64,000 nt of DNA from Amoebidium appalachense (GCA_963693365.1 CAVNZM010000001.1:15362418-15426417); one strand, 5' to 3'; positions 1 to 12,432 are shown, numbered from the stretch's first letter. Notes: generated from the sequence alone by a model not told the origin. Program-made: numbers and translations.

Positions 1-2221
1 ATTTTAAATCTTTAAACGAGCGATCTAATTCGTCCGTCCATTTTAACCGTCGGTGTTTTTCTCCGTAACACTCGGCATTCATGGGTCGGGCTCGCTCTGC
101 ATAATTTAAAATGTGGCGGCGGAGATAGGAAGTAATACCCAGAAAACCCCGGAGTTGGTGTAGTGTGTTTGGTACCGGCCAATCTTTTACTGCCTGAACC
201 TTTTTCGGGTCGGGCCGAATGCCATTCACACCTACAATCCAACCCAAAAACGGTATTTCCGTTAGCCCAATGTATGTCTTTGCCCCATCGAGCTTAACAC
301 CATATTCACCAAGACGGGTGAAAAGTCGGTCAAGCTTCTGTATTAATTCTTGTTCGGTGTGTGCACCCACAGCTAAATCATCGGCATATATCACCACGTC
401 ATCGGCCAGAGGGGCCAAAATCTGTGTCATGATAGATGCTAGCTGGGACGGGGAAGTACTGAGCCCCTGTGGTGCCACACAATAACGATACTGCACACCA
501 GCCACAGAAAATCCTGTTTTTTCACGTGACTCAGCGTCTAGCAGTATTTGGTAAAAGGCACCCGACATATCAGCTTTACAGAAATACTTATACCCAGCCA
601 ACTTCTCTATTTGTTGTTGCAAGTTGGGCATGGGCCAGGCAGATTTTCGAATTTGCTTGTTAAGAGCACGAAAATCAGTCAGCAGACGGTATTTTCCGTT
701 TGGTTTTCGTATTACGAAGGTGGGTGAATTATACTGACTGTGTGCTTGTTCCATCTGCCCTCTACGACACATATCCTCCACGATCTCCTTTGCAGCCTGC
801 TCTTTCACTTGTTCCAACCTCCACTGTTTTAATCGAATCGGTGGGTTATCTCCCGTGTCTATGTGCATGGTGAATCCTTTAATCTGAGGAAATTCGTCGG
901 GGTCCGTAGTGATGAAGCAACGAGAGTGTGCTTCTAATAGTTTCTTGACATCCGGAAGCATACTCTGAGGCACCCTATTCCAATCAAAACCGTGGGGAGC
1001 CTGGCCGGCATCGTGTGCACCCCCACCCGAAATTTCCGAAATTTTTCGCGGGGGGGGTTTTTCATGATCAACGGCACACATTGATTGGTCGATCGGTGAG
1101 TGTATCGGACCGCCTCGTGTCCCACTCACATGCCCTTCGTGCCCACACATGTTATCGGTAGGCACCCGGCCCGGTGGCACGGCCGGAGGTGAATTGGGTA
1201 GGCAACCTTCTCCACCCCCCGTTGCCCACCTGATGCACTGCGCTATTGCACCAACGACGGTTTGTGTACGACTGGGGTGGGGTTCGGCTTGCAAAACACT
1301 CAGTTCGTGTATGTACTCATGTCGGCTCGTAGGAACGAAATGACCGATGGTACCGAACACGTTCAAATCCGGACCCACACCATTTTCGCACACAACAGCA
1401 ATAGATTTATCCACACTAAGTTCACAGATGGTGGGGGGGAACTTATCTCGAAATTCACGAGTAGGCTCGAAGATACCGAGGGTGCCAGCAGCAGCAGCAG
1501 CAGCAGTCACCTGCACCGTTGCACGTAATACACATCCAAAGCCAGATTTGACGGTGGTGTCGTGCTTGACGGTAACAGGACACATTGTGTAGGGGGTGTG
1601 CAAAGATGACGTCGGCACCACCATCCCCGACACCAGTGTTAGTGAGTGTGCTTGATGATTAGTGGTGGCAATGTGTTTGTTGGCAAAATCGTTCCCAATA
1701 ATCATGTCATGCTTAATATTTTTAATTACTAAGCAAGGCCACATGAATGTTTGAGAACCGAGGCATAACGGGAGCATCACTTCACCACTCACAGCTAGAG
1801 CTTTATCGTTTTTTCTTACAGAAGTAACAATAACATCCGAGGGTTGCAAAGTAAACTCCTGCATGTGTCGGGAAAAAACAGCTTCACTAACCACCGTGAA
1901 TGATGCCCCAGTGTCAAACAATGCAAAGTATTTTTCATTACTCAACGTAACATTAACATAGATACGTCTTCCTGCATTGCATATGGCACTTATATCGAAC
2001 ACTTTTCTTATTCTATCGAGTGTTCGAAGTTTCTTTGTGGGGGGGGATAGGTGTGGGGGGGTGGGGGGTCGGGGGTCGGGGGGAAGGGGGCTCGGAGGGG
2101 GGAATATCAGCAGAAGCCGGGGCAGAAGCACATGGTATAGGCACATTTTTAATTACTTTTTCGTGACCCACTGGGTCACAATGTGCAATACATGCCGTAT
2201 TCGTGCTTCCAGCACCGGCAA
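1..2221 (-). CDS. pol: Pol polyprotein, partial (protease, spacer, reverse transcriptase), open to the window edge
   Basis: Manual translation gives protease YFALFDTGASFTVVS (~1930-1886) and RT motifs YNSPTFVIRKPNGKYRLLTDFRALN, KADMSGAFYQI, APQGLSTSP, VIYADDL (YADD at 388-377), IPFLGWIV and LRGFLGITSY. PR and RT are in the same frame. The ORF track omits it because there is no stop in the window. Confidence 0.93.
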
Positions 2222-2225
2222 TTAC

Positions 2226-4124
2226 CTATTTATCACTTTGCTTGCCCTTCTTCTTGGCAGCTCGGGTGGGGCAATCTTTAAAACGATGCCCCGGCTGCTT
2301 GCAAGCCCAACAATTGGGCCCCCTCTTATCTTTCTTATTTTCCTTAGCCCATTTGCCCCCCCCATTAGATTTACCCTTACCACCAACATTACCCCCACTA
2401 CCTCCGTGGCCACCCCCGTGACCACCACCACCACCACCATGCCCCCCACTACCACCACCCATCTCATCTACAGCACCCACATTACGGTTACATTTTAAAT
2501 TGTGAGCACCCACATCAGCCTCATACCGTCGGATGACACGGCCCATGGCTTGTTTGAGGGTGGTTGCAGCCCGGGCCTCGGAACAAAGGTCCGGGTAGTC
2601 GTTGAGGGTACGTTGGTAATGATGAAGCACAACCTCGGGCATGTCCTTGAGACCCGAGTTGGAGATGATGCAATTAAATTTCTTGTGGAATGTTTTTATC
2701 GAGGCCCGAGTGTGCATAAAACGAAGCTTGTTCAGCTCGTTAAAATGCTCCTCCTTACGTTCCTTGTCTAAATACTTCTCAAGGAACTTAGCCCAAAAAT
2801 CGTCGATGCCGGTGCACGTGGAAAGGTCGACGTTGTCGGCAGCATCTCGGGGGTCCCCGGGGCCCATGCACATACGAATAAACATCAACGTGCGATTTAA
2901 GCCCACCAACTCCATAATACAAAAGAAAATTAAATGATGTTGGAGTTGTTTGTAGAATTCGTCGATATCGGCATCTGCCTCGAGCATAGGACGGGACTGA
3001 ATTGCTGCTGAGGGGATGTGTTGAATCTTTTCCTTCCCCTCCCGGTCGTCACCGTTGCCGTCGTTACCGTCACCGTCATCACCACCGTCACCGTCGTCGC
3101 CACCACCATCACCACCACCACCACCGGCACCACCAGCACCGTTAGCACCTCCGGCACCATTAGCACCACCGGCACCACCGTCAGCACCACCGTCCGGGGG
3201 AGGTGGGGGGCCACCGCCACCTGCATTACCATCCCCATTTTCGTTGGCAGCAGGAGGGGGGTTGTTATGCCCCCCCCGGCCACCACCACGTCCACCCCTA
3301 CCACCACGGCCAGAGTTCTTACGGGGGCCCCGTCCGGCACGAACCCACGAGGGGAGCATGCTTGGATGAAATTTTCGAGGGCCCCGGTTACCATAATAAG
3401 TAACCACTAGGTCGAGCTCACCACGACTAAGAGTCACTAATTGATTGATAAATTCATGTGACTTAGTGATGGGGGAAGACTGCCCTGAAAGGCACGCGTA
3501 GTTTTGCCTGGAAGTGAATACATTCGCGAGGGCGAGTAGTTGTTGGTGGAGCAAGGTGAGTGCCGTCGACGAACGGTACAGTGCCGTGCGCGCTGTACAG
3601 CTGGCAAACTTCGATACCAAAAATGCCAGCAGCACGAACAGAAGGAGACACCCAAGAACGCACCAGCACCAAGCTGCCAGGCTCACGCCCGTCTTGTTGT
3701 GCAAATTTGCATACTCCGTTAGGGCGCGTATGAGGGCGTCTGGTGCCTCGGCTTGCGTTTGCGTTGACCTCGACATATAGCCCGTGGAGAAGGTCGACTG
3801 ATGAATGTCGATTGTCTTCAGGTGGCAAGTCTTCGGGGTCAAATGATTGGCCGTAGTCGGTTTCCCCTGAATGAAAAGAGAAGCAGTATTGATTGTCGTG
3901 TTGCAAGTCGTGTGAACGGAAGTAGACACGGTCGAGCAACGGAAGGTCTGCTCCAGGAGGGTGCCACGGTGAAGAGCCGGGGGGGGAAAGGGGAACATTA
4001 TAGCCGAGTTCTTCCAGGAAAATGATGTCGGCGTTTCTAGCTTCCCCCCCATGCAGGCCACTAGGGCCGGCATTGTTGTCACCAAAGTGGTTAGACATGT
4101 TAGGACCCAAACAACTAAAAACAT
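2226..4124 (-). CDS. gag: Gag-like ORF with a long N-terminal extension
   Basis: C-terminal zinc knuckle CWACKQPGHRFKDC, helical capsid-like region (FWAKFLEKYL...FHKKFN) and Gly/Arg-rich tracts. The first ATG is at 4124, but the true Gag start may lie further downstream (~3360). Confidence 0.85.
   Translation of the reverse strand: MFLVVWVLTCLTTLVTTMPALVACMGGKLETPTSFSWKNSAIMFPFPPPALHRGTLLEQTFRCSTVSTSVHTTCNTTINTASLFIQGKPTTANHLTPKTCHLKTIDIHQSTFSTGYMSRSTQTQAEAPDALIRALTEYANLHNKTGVSLAAWCWCVLGCLLLFVLLAFLVSKFASCTARTALYRSSTALTLLHQQLLALANVFTSRQNYACLSGQSSPITKSHEFINQLVTLSRGELDLVVTYYGNRGPRKFHPSMLPSWVRAGRGPRKNSGRGGRGGRGGGRGGHNNPPPAANENGDGNAGGGGPPPPPDGGADGGAGGANGAGGANGAGGAGGGGGDGGGDDGDGGDDGDGNDGNGDDREGKEKIQHIPSAAIQSRPMLEADADIDEFYKQLQHHLIFFCIMELVGLNRTLMFIRMCMGPGDPRDAADNVDLSTCTGIDDFWAKFLEKYLDKERKEEHFNELNKLRFMHTRASIKTFHKKFNCIISNSGLKDMPEVVLHHYQRTLNDYPDLCSEARAATTLKQAMGRVIRRYEADVGAHNLKCNRNVGAVDEMGGGSGGHGGGGGGHGGGHGGSGGNVGGKGKSNGGGKWAKENKKDKRGPNCWACKQPGHRFKDCPTRAAKKKGKQSDK
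3463..4098 (-). CDS. Putative extra ORF (211 aa) overlapping the gag-frame extension in another frame
   Basis: ATG at 4098 (MSNHFGDNNAG...), 636 nt without a stop, ordinary non-repetitive composition. No recognisable domain. Confidence 0.4.
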   Translation of the reverse strand: MSNHFGDNNAGPSGLHGGEARNADIIFLEELGYNVPLSPPGSSPWHPPGADLPLLDRVYFRSHDLQHDNQYCFSFHSGETDYGQSFDPEDLPPEDNRHSSVDLLHGLYVEVNANASRGTRRPHTRPNGVCKFAQQDGREPGSLVLVRSWVSPSVRAAGIFGIEVCQLYSAHGTVPFVDGTHLAPPTTTRPRECIHFQAKLRVPFRAVFPHH

Positions 4125-4205
4125 AGTACTTGCTTGATACGAGCACACTTGCAGCACAAGAACAGCGCTGCAGGGGGTGTAGCTCAGCTGTTGTATAATA
4201 TGATC

Positions 4206-4223
4206 GTGTGTCTGTGACAACCA
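4206..4223 (-). promoter_or_regulatory. Candidate primer-binding site (TGGTTGTCACAGACACAC)
   Basis: Starts with TGG (complement of tRNA CCA) 3 nt after the putative LTR end. The cognate tRNA was not identified. Confidence 0.45.
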
Positions 4224-4226
4224 ATA

Positions 4227-4801
4227 TGTTTATAAAATGAACGGGGTTGACTAGACCACGCTTTGCTTAGTTACGTGCTAGTCCTACTTACACCTAGTAA
4301 GCCGAGCACACTGAGTAAGCTCTGAAGCCCCCGACATGCCCTTATAACGGAGCTCGCACAGCGGCTCAGACATGCGCATCGGTATGTGCTTTTTGGCTAC
4401 GAGAGCCAATCACATACGGTTCACGGTTCTGTCCCATGGCTATCACGGTTCCAATAAACCTATTGAGCCAATCGGGTGACAGTACTTGATTATCGATGCA
4501 TTCCACAGTCATACCTCACGCGGCTACTTGCATATTTTCCCATGATAAAACTATAACTTAACGCTCATGGTTCCTCTGCTACGTGTCGGTCCCATGTGGC
4601 TATTATATCTGTTTTCCCATGAATAATCCTGCAAGTTGCACGTGCACATACGTTTAACTCCATGCTCATGCGCACAAGACTGGGAGGGACATGCATACTG
4701 GCCTACCTAAGATCAAACACAGTGGTATATATACATGTACACGTGTGCGTATATCTCAACCTGTGTACATCCATACTAGATATCCGGTATAATATACCAC
4801 A
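4227..4801 (-). repeat. Putative 5' LTR (~575 bp)
   Basis: On the minus strand it starts TGTGGTATA and ends TATAAACA (TG..CA, imperfect terminal IR). It is followed after 3 nt by a TGG-starting PBS-like sequence. The second LTR is outside the window, so the boundaries are unconfirmed. Confidence 0.5.
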
Positions 4802-6144
4802 ACTGCCTCTGCAGACCACGCTGTATATCAAACAGAGAAGTAAATAATAATGGTTCGCTGAGAAGTCTCAGGTTTGCTTTCACAAAATTTCAGGACTGTT
4901 GGACAGGTTTCAAACTTGTTATTATAAATTTCACGTAGTGCATGCGCAACGTCAGCTGCAGACTCATTGATCAAGATCTTGATCAGATATGACATAACCA
5001 AAGACACTCGCACGAGCATTTTGCAGTAAGCGCGCACCTGGGATGCCATACAGCCAGCGGTTGGGAGTTATTGATCATGTGACACGCGTACGGACAAAAA
5101 GACATCATTAAACAGACGGTGTATGCCAACGGTTGCCGGATACGTGGCGGTAGAAATCCTGCCAAATTCGCCGGCAAAACTAAAAATAAATTGACCAGTT
5201 TAGGGAGACAATCTCGCACTGAGTCTCAACTTATTTATATGCGTGTTACGTATACTTGTCCATGTTGGCATCATAAGATAATATGGTCTGGTTACTTCGC
5301 TTGCGAGAATATAATAAAGGAGCTGCAGGGTAGAATATATAAATGCAGGTAGCCTACATTTAGACGTTTACCAAACGTGTGCCGTCGTGAAGCGGCGGTG
5401 AACTTCGGGTGAAGTCGACCATCCGGCCGCGGCGGATAACTGGCCTAAAATTACAATAGGGGCTGTGATCATGATATCAGCTGCACTGATATCATAAGCC
5501 GGGTATAAACATCGGTATTTTATAGCGAAGGTATTGTAAGTCTCTTGCTAACAAATACTGGGCAAATTAAAAGTTTCTAACAAATTTGAAGACTTATTTT
5601 TAGCGTGAAGCACTAAACCTAACGGCTTCCTTATAAGAGAGCGTATCAAACCAGAAATACAGATGTTTGAAAATTCCAAGTCCTGGATCTATGCATACGA
5701 TGACGAAGTCGATGACGATCAGGCTGCTATTTGCTTGCTGAGATCGGTTGAATCGGGAAAGCAATCGGTACAATCGCGGTGAAATGTAGCTATCGTCGGA
5801 AATTGAGGAAATTGATGCGATCGCTCTGCAGTCTGCCCGTATGACGGAGGCGCTGGAATGGGACTCAAGATCTATCATAGATCCGACAGTCATCCGCCGA
5901 AGATCATAGAAGCACCGTCACACAAGCATGCACGTACATGTACGCCGCACCTCCGGTATCGGAGATGGCACAAGTAAGGGTATCTAATGCAAGACTATCG
6001 GTACACTCTATATTGGAGGGTTTTCATTGTCTTGTACATGGCCCTGTATAACAGGCCCTTGCGCAAGTGTGATGACGTCAGGGGCCGCCGGAAACTGACC
6101 AGGAAGGGCTTCGCCCAAACACACACGTTCATTTATATTCATGA

Positions 6145-6181
6145 GTGACGCACGCACGCACCGTGACGCACGCACACACGT

Positions 6182-6252
<71 letters not shown>

Positions 6253-6426
6253 GTGTACACACACGTGTGCACGCACGCACGCACACACGCACACGAACAC
6301 ACTCGCACACACACACATGTACACACGCTGTCACACACACGCCTAGACACTACACATGTACACACACACTCTCACGTACTACTGTGGCGGGCACACACAC
6401 ACACACGGTGACACATACCGTGACCG

Positions 6427-6497
<71 letters not shown>

Positions 6498-6723
6498 TGT
6501 GCACTGTAACACTCATGTGCACACAACCACGTGTACACACGTGACACACACCAATGCGTGCCATTCCACCTTCATTTGGATTTTTTTAAAGTGGCTACCA
6601 CCCACAGAGCTACCGTACGCGTGGAACCAAATCTCCCAAGCCGAAAGAGCTGAGTCAGTACATAGTACATACTAACTTTTGTATACTGTACATGTACGTG
6701 GCATGACCGAATGAAACCGGCCG

Positions 6724-6768
<45 letters not shown>

Positions 6769-6775
6769 GAGAGAG

Positions 6776-6843
<68 letters not shown>

Positions 6844-7025
6844 TGTGTGTGTGTGTGTGTGTGTTGTGTGTGTGTGTGCGAGAGATGGGAGAGCGAGTGG
6901 GAAAAAGAGGGATTGAGGTTGGAGGGAGAGACAGAGAGAGGTGGGGGTGAGGGGGGGAGCAAGATTAATGTGCCACGTGTGTGTGTGTGTGTGTGTGCAC
7001 GTGAGTGTGTCATGATGTGTCGCGC

Positions 7026-7091
<66 letters not shown>

Positions 7092-7093
7092 AC

Positions 7094-7134
<41 letters not shown>

Positions 7135-7609
7135 GCGCGTGTATGTGTGTGTGTGCACATGTGTGCGTTTTGCTCGTGTGTGTGTGCGTATACTGTGCAC
7201 TGGCTAGTGTGGGTACATGTATTTGTTTGTGGATGTGTGTGGGTGCATGCGCGTGCATGTAATTGGTGTGCATCACGTGTGTGTGTGATACTATCTGTGT
7301 GCGCACGCATGTATGCGTATCATGCCTTGTTGGCAACGGTACACGAAGTCCTGGCCATGGCATGCTCCGAGACCGTGCACAAGCACACAATACTGTAGCA
7401 CTGAAGTTCACATGCACACACAGACAACCACACACACACGTTCTCACGTTCGCTTTCCGATTTGCCGATGATCAACACGGGGGGTATTGGACATTTCATA
7501 TGATACACATCCGAGACTGCACAGAGCTAGTGAGGGTGGGAACAGGGACGGACAACACTGCCCGACAAAATAGGCCAAGGACAGGCATCCCGGCCCTCCA
7601 ACCCGCCGG

Positions 7610-7650
<41 letters not shown>

Positions 7651-8553
7651 CACACACGCACACACGCACACACGCACACACGCACACACGCACACACGCA
7701 CACACGCACACACGCACGCACGCACACCGTGGCACACACACACACACACACGTGTGACACACGCGCGCGTGCGTGCACGGGCACACCCACACCCACACAA
7801 ACACACACACACATAAACACACAAACACACAGACACACATACGTGTACACGTGCAATGATCATCGATGCGTTGGCAGACACACACACGCATAGCCATGAT
7901 CACACATGTACACACGCATACACAAGCACAAACACAAACTCCGTACTACACGTATGGCGGTTTTTTTGGACAAAAATTATTCGCGAAAGTCACACGCGAG
8001 TCCAGATGATTCAGGACGTTTGTGTGTGTGTTGGCGCCGACAATAGTTACCATATTAGGGCATATTATCTATATTATCTAATATATAATGCGTTGTTTGC
8101 CGGACCTCAAATCCGGAATTTGGAGGGGACCTAAGGCCATTTTGTGAGGCATCAAAAACCATCGAAACGTTGCTTAGTTGTTTTTATGACATCAAAATCG
8201 CTAAATATTCTTGAGATACTAATGAAAAAGCCTAAAATAACTATATATTTGATAATGAGAAAATTGAACTATAGTGCCCTGAAGTTGGGCCTGCGAGGAT
8301 GTACGTACAGTACTCGGGGCATTGAAATAAAAAGAAAAAAACCAGCGGTTTCGGAGTCTACTATGAACACGCTGGGCTGAATGACGGCAGAGATCAGATG
8401 ATTCCCTCAATCCCCCATCCCCCCCTAAAAAAAAAAAAATTGCACAGGCAGATGCACACACGCGTGCTCGTGATGCACACGCATAAACACGCACACACAC
8501 ACACACACACATGTGTACACACACACACACACACACACATACACAGACACACA

Positions 8554-8600
<47 letters not shown>

Positions 8601-8700
8601 ACACACATACACAGACACACCGTATACACATAAACACATATGCACAACGCCATCCCCACCACCATGCACACCAAACAGAAACACTTAAACCAAGGGATAC
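6145..8700. repeat. Microsatellite-rich block: (CA)n/(GT)n, (GA)n, poly-G
   Basis: Directly visible simple repeats, e.g. (CA)n 6428-6494, G-run 6725-6766, (GA)n 6769-6841. Confidence 0.9.
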
Positions 8701-8883
8701 AGAAACAAAAACCCACATAAACAGATGCACAGGTATAATTTTTTCAAAGAAAGGCATGCGTAAATGGGTGAGAGGGCGATGAGTGGGTGGGTGTGTGTGT
8801 GTGTGGGGGGGGTGGGAGGGAAATGTGTTTTTACACGATGCTTTCATATTCGACCGCTCGGACAACCAATTAGGTTTAGCAGT

Positions 8884-8916
<33 letters not shown>

Positions 8917-9040
8917 TTCCCCCCCAATAGCCACCTCTATTCCCCGTAACGTCCCCAAACCCAAAAGCCTTCCCCAACACTGATTATAACTACGATTCTT
9001 TGTGGTTCCTCTAGTTCTTTATGTGTACCGGTTGGGTTAA

Positions 9041-9291
9041 AGCAACCACAGCTACTCCCATTTTAGCGTCTGGCCGCGAACCACATTGGTGACGTCATTC
9101 TGTGCAGATTTTCCATGACGCCGTGTAGCCGCTCTAGTAGTCGCCCTGGCTTTGATTGGCTCACAAATTATGTCAACATCGGCAATGTGACACAATTTGA
9201 TGGTGTCTCTTGATTGGTGAGACGCATCTGAGAAATGTGGCTCTCGGGTGGTCTTCGCCCAGACACTAAAATGGGAGAAGCGGTGGTTGGT
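9041..9291. mobile_element. MITE with ~44-bp imperfect TIRs and TTAA flanks (Kolobok-like termini)
   Basis: Left end TTAA|AGCAACCACAGCTACTCCCATTTTAGCGTCTGGCCGCGAACCAC. Reverse complement of the right end TTAA|ACCAACCACCGCTTCTCCCATTTTAGTGTCTGGGCGAAGACCAC. TTAA at 9037-9040 and 9292-9295. Non-coding interior. Confidence 0.8.
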
Positions 9292-9471
9292 TTAACTTGG
9301 GGGGTTTTCATGGTTTCGTTTCTCTGCTGATGTTGATGTCAACAACCCCCCCCCCCCCACCCCCGCCCTTTCCCCCTTTCCCCAGCTCCCTCTCCCTTTG
9401 ACCATCACCATCCTTTGACTTGCGCACTCGCGCGTGCGTACAACTCGGTCGCACATATTCATGCGCCCCCG

Positions 9472-9555
<84 letters not shown>

Positions 9556-10606
9556 CACAGGCACAGGCACAGGCACACACACACAGGCACACACACACGT
9601 GCAGGCAAGCAGTGTCACGGATGCTACCAACGCATCAAGGAGGGGTGGGAGCAAAATGTCGTATCACAAGGGAACCACTACCATTGGTATGCACAACATC
9701 CCCCCCCTCCCCCTCCCCTCCCCCCCCCCCCCCCCCCCCCCCCCTCCCACCCAAACACACACACACACACACATCCACACAACCATACACACAAGCTTAC
9801 ACATGCACACCCACATGCAAACACTTGCCCTTACCTCACCACATGCACACGTACGCACTCAACACTTGTTCCGTTGCAAGACACTCTTCTTCAAGTAGGG
9901 CTTACTCATTGAGGGGCGTGGAAAGATCACTTTTCCCCTTCTTCTGGCTGCATAATGCTTGCGATGCGTCAATCCTTTTCCTCAACGCTTATTTATTCTT
10001 CTCTGACACATATCCCCTCCCCCCCCCCCCCCCCCCCTCCCCCCCTCCCCCCCCCCTGCCGCCGCCCGCCTGCCCGCCCCTGCCCCCCCCCCCCCCCCCC
10101 CCCCTTCTTCCTCTCCCCCCCCCCCCCCACACACACACACACACACGCACAACAAAAACCGGCTCGCACGCCATCATCTCCCCCTCCCCCGTCCTCTTCC
10201 TCCCCGGCCTTCCCCTCTCCGGTCCCTCCTTTTCTCTCCGCCTCTTCTCCCCCCTCCCCCCAGCTACCATCACCAAACCCTTTCCCTTCCACACACACAG
10301 GGCCACCTCAGTTGTGTTGATTGCCGAGTCAATCTGGACAGCGCTAGCAGTCCCTTCATTACATCCCCACAGGGGATCTTCTGAGTGTGCCCCATTACGA
10401 AAAGAGATTCGGAGAGGTGGGTGGGGTGGGTGGATGGACCCCTGTGGAGATGTGTGGGTGGGTGGCTTGGGTGGCTTGAGTCGATGGGTGTCATGTTGTG
10501 TGTATTGTGTGTAGATGACATCAGATTGAAATCTGCTGGGAAGATTCACTATTCAGGTTTTTGTATTTGTTTTGTGTTGCATCTGGTGGCTGGAAAGGAT
10601 GGGGGC

Positions 10607-10663
<57 letters not shown>

Positions 10664-10889
10664 TTTTGAGCCGTTAAAGAATTTGTATTGAGTGGCTGAG
10701 TATGTGAGACCCGATTGGGCAGTTGAAAAAAGGGCTTTGTGAGGTAATTTAATGCCGAATCGCTGATCTTGCACCTGCACTCGCACGTGTGTAGACACGT
10801 GTCCGCACATACACACGCACGGGCATACACATGCACATGCACACACACACACACACACATACACACACACACACACACACATACACACA

Positions 10890-11199
10890 CACACATCGTT
10901 CTCTCTTTCCCTCCCTCTCCGTCTCCCCCCCCCCTCCCCCTCCCCCTCTCTCTCTCTCTGCGCGCCCGTGCACGGACACACATCCAACCACACACACACA
11001 CACACGTCTACCCATCCAACCCTTCCCCCCCCCCCTCTCCCCATCGCCCCCTCCCAAAGCAGATGCCATACCCCCCGTCTCTCTCCCTGCTCCTCTCTCT
11101 CTCTCTCTCTGTCTCTGTGTTTGTGTGTCTCTGTCGGTCTGTCTAACTGTCTCTCTTTTGTGCACACACGCACGCGCTACACCCACACACATGTGCGTG

Positions 11200-11231
<32 letters not shown>

Positions 11232-11402
11232 CGTTCTTTCTTTCCCTCCTTCTCCCTCTCCCCCCCCCGCCCTGCCCCCCCTCTCTCTCTGTGCGCCGTG
11301 CACGGACACACATACCACGCACACACACACACACACACACACGTCTACCCATTCAACCCCCCCCCCCCCCATCGCCCCCTCCCAAAGCAGTTGCCATACC
11401 CC

Positions 11403-11457
<55 letters not shown>

Positions 11458-11560
11458 TCTCTCTCGCGCTCTGTGTGTGTGTGTCTCTCTGTCTGTCTGT
11501 CTGTCTGCCCCTCTTTTGTGCACACACACACGCACCACACCCACACACATGTGCGTGCAC
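10890..11560. repeat. Diverged tandem duplication (two ~335-bp units)
   Basis: Shared motifs in the same order in both units: CATCGTTCT, CCGTGCACGGACACACAT, CACGTCTACCCAT, CCATCGCCCCCTCCCAAAGCAG, CTCTTTTGTGCACACAC, CACCCACACACATGTGCGTGC. Confidence 0.8.
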
Positions 11561-11965
11561 ACACACACACACAAACACACACACACATTTACAAGCACAG
11601 AACAAGCGCGATACACACAGCAGGGGCAGCAGGGGAAGATCGGGTCGAAAGGTCGTACTAGGACACCACAGCGAGGCCATAGCTGGGTTTTGTTGTAAGA
11701 GAGACTCCTGGTGGTGGGATAAATGGCAACCACAGACCATCAGCAGGGTACCCAAAGGAGAAAGGTCAAGGCATTCGTTCTACTGATACGTGTGCTTCTG
11801 AAGTCCACTCACACCACCATCGCTGTTCTTTTGCAGCACGGTGTGTTCGGCCTTCCTGAGCCCAGACCCAGCATGCGCATCTCGCCAACCAGCACAGCAG
11901 CTCCTGTCACCACCATCCGCATCCACCCACAACCAACCACCACCCAGCCCTTCTTACCCTCCCCC

Positions 11966-11998
<33 letters not shown>

Positions 11999-12400
11999 CC
12001 CTAACATCTACCATGCCCCGCCCAAGCCAGCGGCCAACCCCACCTATGAAATCCTTGATGCCATGGCCATAGCGATCAAGGCCGGCCAGGTCAGCACAGC
12101 GCTCCACCTCATCACCCAATCACGTCCATCTTAGTAATGTCGGGGCCACCACAGCAGCCAACAGCACGGCCGCAACAGCACCCAACTGTAACCTGTGTCT
12201 GTAACCTGTGTGTGCATCTTGTGTGTGTGTGTTTCTTCCGTTTGTGATTTTGGCCTATGCGATTTGTGTGTATGTAACTCCTGTATAAAATCTCTGTAAC
12301 CCTATGCGCCTCTGCGTGCATCCATTGCCTATCCCAAGCTCTGCATCTGCGGTTTTGTTCGACCGTGGGATTGTGCTAGCACAATATCTGCTGCCGCCTC

Positions 12401-12432
<32 letters not shown>

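Larger units (their letters stand above)
1..4801 (-). mobile_element. Ty3/Gypsy LTR retrotransposon, 5' portion (continues past the window start)
   Basis: Minus-strand order is putative LTR, PBS, gag with CCHC knuckle, aspartic protease, then RT. No integrase lies between PR and RT, which fits Ty3/Gypsy. Confidence 0.93.

Noticed and set aside
1977-3410. Plus-strand ORFs antisense to gag/pol
   Set aside because: Shadow ORFs of the GC-rich, Gly-rich gag coding strand.
5471-5495. 10-bp inverted repeat ATGATATCAG-5 nt-CTGATATCAT
   Set aside because: Isolated, with no supporting context. Could arise by chance.
5600-5930. Coding-looking fragments (e.g. IYAYDDEVDDDQAAICLL, LSSEIEEIDAIALQ)
   Set aside because: Short, interrupted by stops, with no recognisable domain or consistent splice structure. 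Possibly a decayed gene or TE that I cannot assign.
11600-12180. Possible decayed coding island
   Set aside because: Stops in all frames and no identifiable motif.
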